A stretch of 64,000 nt of DNA, from the NCBI GenBank assembly GCA_010356995.1, contig ML996693.1, positions 744,001 through 808,000 of the forward strand, written 5' to 3'. Source of the stretch: Trichodelitschia bisporula. Its lineage: Eukaryota. Each line of letters begins with the position of its first letter. Within the stretch, counting starts at the first letter, position 1. The notes under the pieces are model-generated. The model saw only the letters and a program-made list of their open reading frames with translations. It did not search any database and had not been told where the DNA came from. A program made the position numbers and the translations under genes. Shown here piece by piece: positions 38,942 through 51,223 of this stretch.

Positions 38942-39489
38942 ACTTGTTTGTCGGTGAGAGGTCAGCCAAAGGTTCCTACGGGGTGTTAATGACCCTTTTT
39001 GCCGCCTCGCGGAGAAGGGGAGGGGCGAGTTGTTGTGGCCTGAGGAGTTGAAGGGATTGGATGGGGGTCGGTGCACGTAGATCCTCAAGAGAGAGGGGAG
39101 GAGCAAAGGACGCTACGCCTAACCGGGTTATGAGAAGGAGCGGGCCCGCGACACAACGGCATTTTGCTGCCTCAGGTCGGAATATAAGGCATCAAACGAA
39201 GCCAAGAATGCGACGCGCTAAGAACCTCCATATGCCAAGCATCGCCGGACGTGAACCTTTGTAGAGGCTCTCACACTCCTTCTGCCTCTCACAAACTCCA
39301 ACTTCGGCATAACAACCCAAAGTTCTTGACTGGAACACGTGTCTCAGCCTGAACTTTGTCACCTACATTCTTCTCATTCAGGCCTGCTCTCCATAACCTC
39401 CCTTGGTCTGCGGTTCTTCTTTTAACCTGCACCTTTGTCTCCCAACATTTCCACCTCCACTCATCGCGCGCAACCCTCTCAGCTTCACC

Positions 39490-40987
39490 ATGTCTTCCGG
39501 AGATGAGCTCTCGGATCATGGACTTGAAGAAGATGTCAATGGGCAGGCGCCAGAGCAAAATGCCGGCGATGGCCTCGGTAGCGACTCGGACTCGCTCCCC
39601 GACGTAACGGACGACCTCTTTGGCGAGGGTGACGAAGACCTTGACGAAACTCATGCAAACGGAAGAGAAGTAGACGGAAATGAGGACGAGGATGAGGATG
39701 AGGGGTATGCTGTCACTGCTCAAGTTCCTGTATGTCGACTGACTAGCTTAGGTCGCCTCAACGCCAGACCCAGGGCAGCGAGGAACCTCTACAGGAGACT
39801 TCGCAAGAAGCGGACATCCCCCGCCATCCAGTTCCCTATTCTAGTGACAATGAGGTAGGCCTGGTCTGTGATTCCAAAAGTTTACTGCGTGCTGACGCTT
39901 CCAGGTCTATCTCCTCCGCGTCCCTCGCTTCCTGGCCATCGATCCGGCTGCATTTGTCCTCCAGACTTTTCAGCCACCGACTACCGAACACCACTCTCGT
40001 GCTCCACCTTCGCCCTCGTTTTCAGCATACAAGACGGCGATGACAACTATCCGCTGGCGCCACTCACCCTCAAACCCGGCCGAGCTGCAGTCTAACGCGC
40101 GCATTCTTCGCTGGTCTGACGGCTCGATGACACTGCAGCTAGCATCTGACCCTCTCACACAGTATGAGTTTGGAGCTAAACCCCTCGCACCGGCGCAACG
40201 CAACCCGGTCAAGCCGACTCCCGCCCGCATCCAGGACGATAGTGGTCGCACTCCGCAGTACGATGAAAAGGCGGATACCTTTACTTATCTGGCCTCAGCG
40301 TCTCGGCACTCATACTGCATCCGGGTCGTCGATAAGATGACCACGTCTCTCCAGGTCAATCCCATTCTCTCGACGGACGACCAGGATGAGGCGATCCAGC
40401 GGCTCAAGGCCTCGATGGCAACGGCGGCCACTGCCCATACCTCGAAGATTGCCATTGAGCAAGTTACAGAGGACCCAGAGCTGGCTAAGAAGCGCGCTGA
40501 GATCGCAGAGCGTGAGAAGATGAAGAACGAGCGGCGCATCCAGGCGCGGGCCGAGCGCGAAAGGGATAAGGACTTGGAGCGTCGGCGCGACCGCGGTGGC
40601 GAAGGTGGTTTATCGTTTGGGGCCCTGGAGACCGAAACTGGAACGGGCCGTTCGCGCGGTGTTGCTGGCCGGCCGAAGCCCCGTCGCCAGCGGCGCGACG
40701 ATTACTCTAGCGATGAAGACGCGGGCTACCGTGGTCGCCACGGCGAGGACGAATACGACGACGAGGATGACTTCATTGCTCACACGGACGATGAAGAGGA
40801 GGATGCCGAAGGCGAAGAAGAAGACATCGATACCCTTATCGAGCAGAACGAGCGACGGCAACGCGGGGGTGAGAGCCCGAAGCGCAAGTCGTCGGATGAG
40901 GACGCTGAGGGCGGGGGGCAGGATCAGCCTGTTGCGCGCAAGCGGCGCCGGGTTGTCATCGATGAAGATGATGAGGAGAGCGAGTAG
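39490..40987 (+). CDS. LEO1: Paf1 complex subunit Leo1; introns 39705-39751 and 39855-39904
   Basis: TTIRWR...SNARILRWSDGSMTLQL Leo1 core; DPELAKK; acidic termini; YDDEDDFI. Confidence 0.92.
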
Positions 40988-41414
40988 GGGTGCTTGGACT
41001 TCGGTTGGGGTGTTGTGTCATTCTCCAATGACATTCTTGCATGGACGGCATTCAGTCTGGACGTCCAGAACTCGAGGTTGGCAGTAAGGATCCGTGATGG
41101 TGAGAAAGATGTGGTAGCATCAGTGGCGTTGCTGGGCGTTTTGCTATGTACCTGTACGGGACGCTGTCTGCGAGGTTTCTGTAGACGGCAATGGATACAT
41201 TGTGCATAACCGGGCGTGAGATCGCGTGCCTGGCTCTCCGGCTCTCTCCCTCAAGTAGGGGCTAAATCAGAATCCCAAGGTGAGTCTGAGACGTGCATTT
41301 GCTGATGCTGCACAGGTTGAGAGATGCTCAAACACCTGTCCTCTATTGATGCACCTCAAGACTACCCTCGCTGTCATGCGTTTTAACTCGCCCATACGCC
41401 TTTGATCGACTTGT

Positions 41415-42753
41415 CTACGCCTTAAACTCTACCGCCGGCAGAATCTTCCCCTGGCACTCCCCAAAGCCTACCAGGCCATACTCCCCCTCCCCGCAAATAC
41501 CACGAAACGTAACCGTATCACCATCCTGAAGGAACGTCCGCCTCTCTTCCTCATTAAACACATGAGCCTTCGTCCCGTTCTCCGTGTTCTCCAGCAAGCT
41601 GCCAAACGTGGCGGGGTCATCGGCGCCAGAGATGGTGCCCGAACCGATGAGATCGCCTGTGTTGAACGGGCACCCACCGACGGTGTGGTGCGCCAGCATC
41701 TGTGGGAACGAGAAAAGGAGGTGCCGGCCACTGGTGTGGCAGACGGTCTTGGTGGTGCCGGCGGGGGCTACCATGTCAACTTCCTCCGATAATAGGGGAG
41801 AGGGACTTACTGGTCACATCAACCTCGAGATTGATGTCGAAGACATTTGCCTTCCGCTTCTCAGCTAAGTACTTGAGCACACTCCGCCCACGCTCCATGG
41901 ATGGTACGAGAAACGGTTCCAGCGCCTCCATGGTCACAACCCAAGGACTGACGCTGGTCGCGAAGTTCTTCGCGTTGAAGGGGCCCAGCGGAACCATTTC
42001 CCAGGCTTGGATATCGCGCGCAGACCAGTCGTTCAGCAACACCACGCCGAAGAGATAGCTCTCAGCTTCGTTAATGGGCACCGGCTCGCCGTGCGCGTTA
42101 CCCTTCGCTACGAAGCACCCCAGCTCGAGCTCGAAGTCCAGTTTCCGGCAGGCGGAGAACATGACCTCTGGGGTCTCTGCCGCAGGGTTGAGGATCTGCC
42201 CCGAGGGTCGCCGGATGGGTGTCCCAGAGACTACGACCGAGGAGGCCCGTCCGTGGTACCCTACGGGCAGGTGGCGGTAGTTGGGCTGGAGGCTGCCAAT
42301 GCCACGCAGGATGCGGGTACAATTGAGGGCGTGGTTGAGCCCGACATAGAAGTCGGTATAGTCGGTGATGGTGAAGGGCAGGTGCATTGTTACATGGCTT
42401 TGGTGGATGAGAGCCGTAGCTCGAAGCTCCGGGTTGCCGCGCAAAATATCCGGGTAGGGCGTGTTCTCATCAAAGATTGATTGCAGGTATGTCCGGACTG
42501 CGCTGGTGGTTGACCGGCCTAGGGCGGCGAAGGCGTTGAGAGTTGGGCTGCTAAAGACAGAGAGGTGAGGCGTGATCTCGGGGAGGTGCGAGAAGCCTTT
42601 GTTAGAGGCGAAGACGTGTAAATCTAGGGCCCAGGGCCCTATGGCAATAGCTGGGCGAGGGGTAGAGTCTGGGGCGGTGCTGATGATGCCGAAGGGAATG
42701 TTGGAGAGGGAGAAAGGGGAATTGGGGGGAATAGACATCCAGGAGGAGGCCAT
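41415..42753 (-). CDS. fahA: Fumarylacetoacetase; intron 41810-41768
   Basis: FSLSNIPFGI, DYTDFY, PVGYHGRASSVVVSGT, LDFELELG, NDWSARDIQ, PLGPF, GDLIGSGTISG, GFGEC. Confidence 0.95.
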
Positions 42754-42978
42754 GGTAGGTGGTTGGAGCCGTGGGATGGTGGTAGTGAGGTTGGCACGGA
42801 TATTCAAGCTGGGTGAAGTGGTGGATTGGAGGCGAAGAAGTTTAAATTGTCTACTGGTGTTTGTCTGGTTATACTTGTGCGATATATCGGACGTAATGGA
42901 GGGGGAAGCTGCAAGGCGGGGCCGTGTCGCCTGAGGCTACTGGGCTGTCAGGCTGTTGGGGGCAGTTGCAGTTATGAT

Positions 42979-43014
42979 AGGCTGTCAGGCTGTCAGGCTG
43001 TCAGGCTGTCAGGC
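42979..43014. repeat. (GGCTGTCA)x4 tandem repeat, with partial copies at 42943-42956, in the fahA-hmgA divergent promoter
   Basis: AGGCTGTCAGGCTGTCAGGCTGTCAGGCTGTCAGGC. Confidence 0.85.
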
Positions 43015-43201
43015 GCTACGGTTATTCGCGGGGCAAGGGGATTGCGGGGAAGTCGCGTCTCTCTCGCGATTTCGTCCATTCACATGCGCCCGCCACCCAG
43101 AAGACAACTTGCCTCATTCCTCTGCCACCACCCGGATCACCCCCCCATCCCATTGCTGTTCGCAACCGCATTGAACCGCTCCCGCATGACAAACACAAAC
43201 G

Positions 43202-43510
43202 ATGCCTGGCATCATGGCTGCTCACTCCTCCCCCTCGTCTGCTCCATCCGACACTGCCCGCTATCCCGATCCCAATAAAACACTGCCCGAAGAAGTCGAG
43301 CGACGTCGTTATCGTCGCTGGCGAACACTCCGCAAACTGCTCCTTCGTATAAAGAAGCAGCCTGAAGCGCCACCCAGCCCTGTCCGGTTAACTGAGCGTA
43401 ATCTGACCGAGTACTCGAATCCTGACTACACCGACGAACATCATGCCTTCCGCCCCCCTCCAGCCGTCCGAAAGCTATCAATACCTGAATGGATTCAACT
43501 GCTACCATGA
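43202..43510 (+). other. 102-codon upstream ORF overlapping hmgA exon 1 in a different frame
   Basis: ATG 43202 and ATG 43214 in good context; stop TGA 43508-43510 abuts the hmgA GT donor. Confidence 0.35.
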
Positions 43511-44909
43511 GTGAGTGATAAGCTCTTTCTTTCCTCATCATGGCTTCCACCCGCTCGATTGCACCCCACCTTTTCCTCATCCTCTCGGTCTTTCTCTAAC
43601 TTGAGATAGATCCGAAGCTATGCCAGATACCCTACCATTGGGCCGGAACTCTCCCCAGCGTCCTGCTCATGGTCTCTACACTGAAAAGCTCTCCGGCACA
43701 TCATTTACGGCTCCCCGCAGTGAAAACCAGCAGACTTGGCTTTATCGGATCCTGCCATCTGTAAAGCACGAGTCCTTTGAACCATACCTCCCATCGGAAG
43801 ATGTGCATCACATTGAGAACTGTCACATGCTCTACAGGCCCAACCAGCTCCGGTGGGGACCAACTGCAATTGGTGAAAGTGACTGGTTGCACAGCCTGGT
43901 GCCAGTTGCAGGTGCTGGGGATCCCAAGCTCAAATCTGGCCTGTACATATATATGTACAGCGCTAGCAAGTCCATGCCCGAGACAGACGCCTTCTATTCA
44001 GCCGACGGTGACTTTTTGATTGTTCCACAGGAGGGAGCTCTCGACCTAACAACGGAACTCGGAAACCTTCTCGTCCGCCCTGGCGAGATTGTGGTTGTCC
44101 CCCGTGGAATTCGCTTCCGAGTGGCTGCTCTCGATGAGCTAATCCGCGGCTACGCTCTTGAGCTATTCCAAGGGCATTTCCAGTTGCCAGAACTGGGACC
44201 GATTGGGTCCAACGGACTAGCCAACGCGCGTGATTTCCAGGCTCCAGTGGCTCGCTTCGACGAAGATCACGATGGCAGCACGACTTACCAGGTATTTGCA
44301 AAGTTCGCCGGTGAGCTGTATTTCGCAGAACAGGACCACACGCCCTTTGATGTAGTTGCCTGGCACGGTAACTATTACCCCTACAAGTACGACCTGAGCC
44401 GCTTCTGCACCATCAACACTGTTTCGTACGACCACATCGATCCGAGTATTTTCACGGTGCTCACTGCTCCCTCTGACCATCCTGGAACCGCCATCGCCGA
44501 CTTTGTCGTGTTTCCTCCCCGCTGGGCTGTTGCTGAAAATACATTCCGTCCCCCGTGGTTCCACCGCAATTGCATGTCCGAATTCATGGGTTTGATACGG
44601 GGTAGGTATGATGCGAGGAAGGGCGGGGCAAACGGATTCATGCCTGGCTGCGCGAGTCTGCACAATGTTATGGCGCCTCATGGGCCGGACGTTGAGACGG
44701 AGCAGGCTGCGTCTTGGACACTGGACCAGCCAGAAAAAGTAGGCGAGGGTGGGCTAGCGTTCATGTTTGAGAGCTGTTTGATGCTGGGCTCCACGTACAA
44801 TGCGGATATAGGCCGTCTACGGAAGGAGTATGTCAAGGAGAGTTGGGGGGGTTTCCCGGTGAGGTTCAAACGGCCCAGGCAGATGCAGACACATCCTCGA
44901 GAGGCATAG
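43443..44909 (+). CDS. hmgA: Homogentisate 1,2-dioxygenase; exon 1 43443-43510, intron 43511-43609
   Basis: [15 protein letters not shown]...NSPQ...[64 protein letters not shown] iron ligands. Confidence 0.95.
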
Positions 44910-45267
44910 GTGGTGCACACCTTCACCTCGATAAACGAGGGGTACTTAGCTTAATGATACACGGACGGCGTCCGCACTACCTAATATGTCACTACCTCGT
45001 GCTTCCCTCGCAACTCCCGGAAAAGTAAGCACATATTACTTCAAGACCATCTCTCAGCTGTCACTCCCTCCAGCAGCAGCAGTAGTCATACAGTTCATTT
45101 CCTCCCATCGCCCCATACCTTAGTGTCCACTCCCATATTCCCAATGCAAGCGCCCGACCCTTCCCCACGAACGCGAACAATATAAGTACCATTATCCACC
45201 CGAGCGCCGATGCAGCACAGGCCCATAACGACCCATGCGTCAGAGAAAGCCACCCTCAAACCAGAGC

Positions 45268-47424
45268 CTAGAGCGCCCACGATCGAATCGCCATATCGCA
45301 CACACGCTGGACGGGGTGATTGGTGCCCTTGAACACGGCCTGATCTGTAATAAACGACTTCGCAATGAACAGCTTATTCAGGTTATTCTCCTCGCCACCA
45401 GGACCGGGAGCCAGGCTTGCGGGGAAGGACGGGAAGCGCGCGCCCAGATGGCGACAGACCATGATGCTGTAGATGACGTCGCGGTTTTCCTTGGCCATGA
45501 GGAGGCCGCGGGCCTGGGCGAGCGCGTTATCGAGCTCCTCTGTCGCAGTGGGGGAGTCGCGCGGCGTGCTGACGTATGTGCCGACGTGCGTCCAGAAGGT
45601 GATTTCCGCACGCTTTTCTGCTGGCATGTCCTCGGGGTAGCCGATCTCGGTGACACGGTTGCAGGACATAACCTTGTTGCAGAGCAGGTACTCGAGCACG
45701 TCGAGGCGGCGGTTTGCCTCGTCGAGATCGACGTTGCCCAGTAGTCCCGTTGTGCCGTTCGTGGTGGCGCCAGAAGGCCGGCAGAGACATAAGAGGTACC
45801 AGACTACCTTTGTTTCGGTGGCACGGACACGCGCTGTAGCCGCGGGGTCCTCGTGCAGATTTGGGCGACGAAAGTGCTCGATGAGGGCGGCCATCATGTC
45901 GCAAACTTGCTTGTTGTTCATCAAGCGGTCTATGCCGACCGTCGAGTACCAGGTCGTCTCCAGGAGACTGTCGAGTCCGGGGGCGAAGTCATTATTGTAC
46001 AGATTCTTGATCTCCTCCAACTTCGCGGCGGGGAGAGGGCTAGTCGACAAGGGAGTGTCGTAAGCGCCGAAGTTTTCAATGTGGAAAAGCTCGTCAACAT
46101 CCAGAGGACGCTCTGATAATACATTAGCACTCGTACGAGATAAGCAGGTCATGCAGTGGTGTACGATGCTGGTGCCAGCACGAACCCGCCACGTTCACAC
46201 CAGTAGGCTGTCCAATTCCGCGGAGGGTATAACGAACCTTGTTTTCTCGGTCCTGGAACAAGCGGTGCGTTCATTCCACCTGCAGCGGCGTACGCCGGAG
46301 GATGGGAAGCGCCTGGAGTGCCTGAAAGTACGGGATCGATGGCACCAAACTCGAACGGACGCTGGTCGCGATGCGCACCGTATAAAGGCACAGAGCCGTC
46401 CGGCGCAGACATTCCGGTTGTGTATGGCTGGTACTCGGAGTATGTGAGGTTGCCGTTTAGAGGCGCAGCGGGAGTGGGGGGAGTGGATGAAGGTGACGCG
46501 CTGGGTGCAGGTTGGAGCTGCTGCGGACCCGTCTGCTGCTTGAAGATGGGGTCGTAGCCCAAGCACTCTCGCTTGCTCTTTTGGCAGTTGCGACAGGTAG
46601 GATGCTCCTCGTCGCACTGTGTAAGGAGAGTTAGCAAAAGGAGCGGTATGCTGGCAAGGACGGAATAATAGGCTGCGGTTGTGAAGGGGCAGAGGACGCG
46701 GCGATATAAAAGTGGAGGTTGCGGCGGACCCCTCGCTTGCTGCCTCAAGCGACTTTTCGCTTAGGCCCCGCAATCTGCAACCTTGAGAAATGTTCGCCTA
46801 CACGCGAGACGCGCAACGCAAAACAATCACCAATGTTGCAAATTCCCAAAATGTTCGACATCCATTGACGACGGATCCATTGCATTTACTGACCTTTATA
46901 CGACGCTTACGGCACGTCAGACATCCTGTCTTCGTCCGACGCTTTATCTCCTTCTTATGACGACCGCTCGGCATCAGGCGTACGTCCTGGGTTGGAATCG
47001 GATAGCGCATCATGTGCTGGTTTTGAGCCATGCCCATGGGTGCTCCAACAGGAGGCATGACCTGACCTGGAGGTGGGTACGCATACACGCCTATCTGGGC
47101 AGGTGGCGCTGAGATGGGTGGGGTGCTGCGCTGTTGGAGGGTCGAGCTCGACGGCGCTGGTGACGCCGAGGACTGCAGCGCGTCGTCGAGGTTTCGGATG
47201 GAGGGAAGATTGAGAGGCGGTTGGTTCGCGTTCGGCGAGCTCGGAGAGTGTCTGATGAACGCTTCGCCATCCACCTGCGCTTGAGCGGGCGCTGGGTACG
47301 AGTATGTAGGTTGCGGCTGAGGCGAAGGGTAGGCGTGTCCGGAGGGAGAGGGATATGAGGCGGGTTGTTGACGCGAGCTACTCATCTGCTCTGTCTGGCG
47401 CGAAGCATCGTTCTGCTCCTCCAT
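45268..47424 (-). CDS. Zn(II)2Cys6 transcription factor, OefC/Wor2-like; introns 46893-46617 and 46237-46113
   Basis: GRHKKEIKRRTKTGCLTCRKRRIK|CDEEHPTCRNCQKSKRECLGYDP; C-terminal ENRDVIYS domain. Confidence 0.88.
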
Positions 47425-49804
47425 GATTGCAGACTCCACGCGCGCCGTCGCGCAACAGTTGTATGGCCCAAGCGACGCGCGGGTGTGAGGAACCGTTCGC
47501 AGGGGTGGTCGGTCGATCAGCAACGGGCGCCGGCAAATCGAGTCTCTGCCAGTTGAGGTTAGAATAAAAGGTGTCGCTTGAGGGTTGTAATAGTCTGCAC
47601 GCGTTATGACAGGAGCTGGGGGAGCCCTTGCCGCCTCGGCACCGTCGTATGTAGATTGAGGGGAGATGCTTAAGCCTCCGCCTACGAAAGCCAAGGCGTA
47701 GACGAGCGGACAATCAAATGGGACGTGCCGAGAAACGTGGCCGTGACTTCGGAGACGAACCCCGATGCGTAAGAAGCGAGAAAAACGAGGAAGGAAGCGA
47801 AAGATCTTCGAGTCTAGAACTAGAGGTTCGAGTCTCAGACTTCCCCCAGGTTTCCAATTGCTTGGCCCTATTGGAGAGATGGGGGGAACGCGCGAACGCC
47901 GGTCATGCCTCCGCGCCCACTCAGAGCTCGAGAAGCTGTGAGATCTTGCCAATCTCCAATCTTCAGCGAGGAAGAGCGGAAGAGGAGGCGGCGGCGGCGG
48001 CGGTGGCTGCCGTTCCGCCCCTTAGCTTCAACGGGTTCGCGCCCGCAAAAAGGCGCGTAGGGGAGACGCGAGACACAATCGCTCATGGTTCAGAAAGAAG
48101 TCAAAGCTGCGATCATGGCGCTTGATCGGTTCCGGCTTTCGCGCTTGCGCAGCAAGTCATGATGAGGCGCGAAGGGACTGGGGGAGGGGGGGTTGTGAAG
48201 CAACTCCAATCAAGCAAGAACTAGCCGCGAGAAGAGGGAAGCGGGAAAAAGAGCCCCAAGGGAGTGGCCGTTCAGGAAGATGGATCCAGAAGAGAAAAAG
48301 AGCCGTATCAATTGCAGCTTGCACGACTATGGAATATACAAATGCGATAGGGAGGAATGCAGCAATAGGGGGAATGGTTCCAGAAATGGGTTGAGGAACT
48401 TACACTGCTTGAGGCGGCAAAAGCGGGCTTCTGCTTTCGCTTAGCACCGCGGAAGCGAAGTTCTCGCGGGGACTCGGTAAATTGTCCAAACAGAAGCCGC
48501 TCGAGCTTCGGCTGCGTCCGGAATCGTGTCTTTCACGGGACGTGTGGTGGAGTTGATGATGTAGCGGGTCGAAGGAAGTCAGATCGGATTGAACTTGAAG
48601 ACTCCAAATTGTTGCCGGAATGAAATTTTTTGATGTTGGGGCCAAGGACAGTTGGGCGCGTGGTGCTGACATAATCCAAATGTTTGGCTGGCCTCTAATT
48701 TGGTGCCTTGAAATTCAGGCCGTCATTTAGGTCGTTGACCCCCCGTCTTGCTCCCAACCGGAAGACTACCTCTTGATACCACCATCTTCCGATATTATGA
48801 TTGAGCACATCACCACTACTATGAGTGGATTGGCGCAAAAGGTTAAAACTCAAGTTAGGATATACCATCGTTCCACATCTTTTCTCCTGGTTCTAGCTCT
48901 GGTAGGGCTTCTCATCTTCTGCACCAGAACAAGGCATACGAAGGAGCATACGTACTACGGATGTCCGTACTCGCAGCATACTTTTATTGCCACTCCGATG
49001 CCCCGATATACATGCTTTTCGGTAGCCTAGCACATATGCAACTCGCCAGCCCTTTAACAGCAAGGCTGGTTCGCCTCGGTTCCATCGGGCATCAATCCCC
49101 CACTACCACTGATCGCCGACACCTGCAGTCGTCAGCTGCCCAAGTGACACAACTGAGGCCGGTAGTGCAATAGGATCAACTTTAGATTCGATTTACTTTT
49201 GCTAACCTACAGATGATGCTGGACTGCGAGGTTGGCAACCGCACTTTTTACATCGAATCGCTTCTTTGTCCATCGCTTCTTGGAGCCGTAGGATCGCCTA
49301 ACTAGCGCTCACCATGTCTCTGGTGCCTCGGGCGATGGTGTGCTTGTAAACTGGCTCCGTTCCGTGGTTGTGGGCCCGGTAATCTTCAATCACTTCTGCA
49401 CTCCAGGGCAAGTTGTGGTTCGAGTGAAAGCTCTTGTCGGCCCTTCCATCCATTGGACTTGACGATGACCGCCGTCTTAGTTCTAGTCTGCTACGCACGT
49501 TCAAGTGCCGTCTTGAGGTAGAAAGTCAGGATTAGAGGTACTTGGGAATGATGCAGCTGCTAAAACGCATCATAGCCGAAGCTTGACTCTATTTCACTCG
49601 GCTGACGCCACACGGCTCGCCCTCACATTGACTCCTGCCCTCTATTATCTAGACGCTCTACCAATGCACTCCGGGAGCACGATGACGCTAATCCCGCCAC
49701 CCGAAGAACGTCTACGCAGAGCCACCAACAGGCCAACCATACTCCGGATGCCGGCCAAGAAAGCCGACCGATTTAGCTCCGTCCCCGAGGCGTGAAGCAG
49801 GCTC

Positions 49805-51223
49805 TCATGATCCGGCTTGCTCAGGGACAACATTGTTCAGCTCTCCCCTCTCCAGGACCGCCCGCACGTTGCCAATGTTCCATTCCTCCATCTTAGTTTG
49901 CGTCTAGAAAATTAGATTTGGCTTTTGAACGGAACTGGATACTCACTTCGACCGTCCAAGTGCCCATGTGCGGCAGCAGCATGACGTGCGGATTCGCAAC
50001 TAATCCGGGGTGGATTTTTGGCTCATCTTCGAAGACGTCTAAGCCGCACGACCACACTTTGCCGCTGTCCAACGCCTTTGCCAAGGCTGCTTCGTCTATA
50101 ACGGCTCCACGGGCTGTGTTGACGATGACCACGCCGCGTTTCATCTTCTCAAATTCCTTCTTGGAAATGATGTGCCGAGTGTGTTTCTAACCCCGTTAAC
50201 TTCATGTGCTCCTCTATGACAGATGCCAGGGTGGTTGGCAAATTCATTTGGGGAATGGTTCCCCCGAAGGACTTACGTTCAGGGGGAGGTTGAGGCTGAG
50301 AACGTCGCTCCGCTCGAGCAGCTCGTCGAAGCTAACATATTCGGCCCCGCCCGACAATTCGTCGCTCAGTTTCGTGCGGTTATAGTAAATGACCTTCATG
50401 TCAAAAGCCTCGACTTTGCGCTTCAGATTCCGACCAATGCCCCCCATGCCCAAAATCCCGAGCGTCTTGCCCTGCGGGTCGTGACCTAGCGGCGGCGGTG
50501 GATGTCCACGCCACTTACCCTCCCGCAAAGCGAACATGGAGGTATTGAATCCGCGGAGGGCACCGAGAATGAGGAACACGTTGGCGTCGGCTGTGGCATC
50601 GTCGACGGCTGTCGGTGTATTGGAGACGCGGATGCCCCGCTCCGTACAGGCGTGGACGTCTATTTGGTCGTAACCGGCGCCTGTAGTTGGATTAGCCCCC
50701 GAGAACGGCCTATTTGAAGACCGTGATGCCGGTATAAGCCCCTTCTTGAACAAGTTTTGCACGGTTTCTTCAATATGTCAAGCCTCGCTTGCTGTGAGAA
50801 TACATGGCACTCGAATGATAGTGTGTCAAAGTTGGAGAAAATTACGGACTGGTTATGAAATCACCTACCATTGTGGCAGATGAACTTGAGGCTCGCGGGA
50901 AGATTCTTGATCAATTCCTCGTCAAATAGACCCGTGATGTCGACGCTGTTGAATGTCCTGAAGGTAACAAGAACACCGTCTAGTTTTCCGCTCCGGCACT
51001 CGTCGAGGAACTCTTCACGGATGCTTGCCTCAGGTTGTACAAGGTCTGCTAGCTCGGAAAGTGCTCCCCACGATGCGTGTGCACTGAAGGGAAACAACGT
51101 TATCAGCCCTTCAAGGTTCAATTTTGGGTCATCCACGGGCAGACGCAAATGTTTCCAATTCCATAACGTAATGCAAACTCACTGTTCAATCTCCCCAAGG
51201 AGGAGGACTTTCGGCCTGCCCAT
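49805..51223 (-). CDS. D-isomer-specific 2-hydroxyacid dehydrogenase (glyoxylate/hydroxypyruvate reductase-like); 5 exons
   Basis: ICHNG|AGYDQID, SNTP, GILGMGGIG, LNLPLN, VNTARG, GLDVFEDEP, PHMGT. Confidence 0.92.

Noticed and set aside
47811..47845. GGTTCGAGTC T-loop-like word
   Set aside because: No cloverleaf or A-box; not a tRNA
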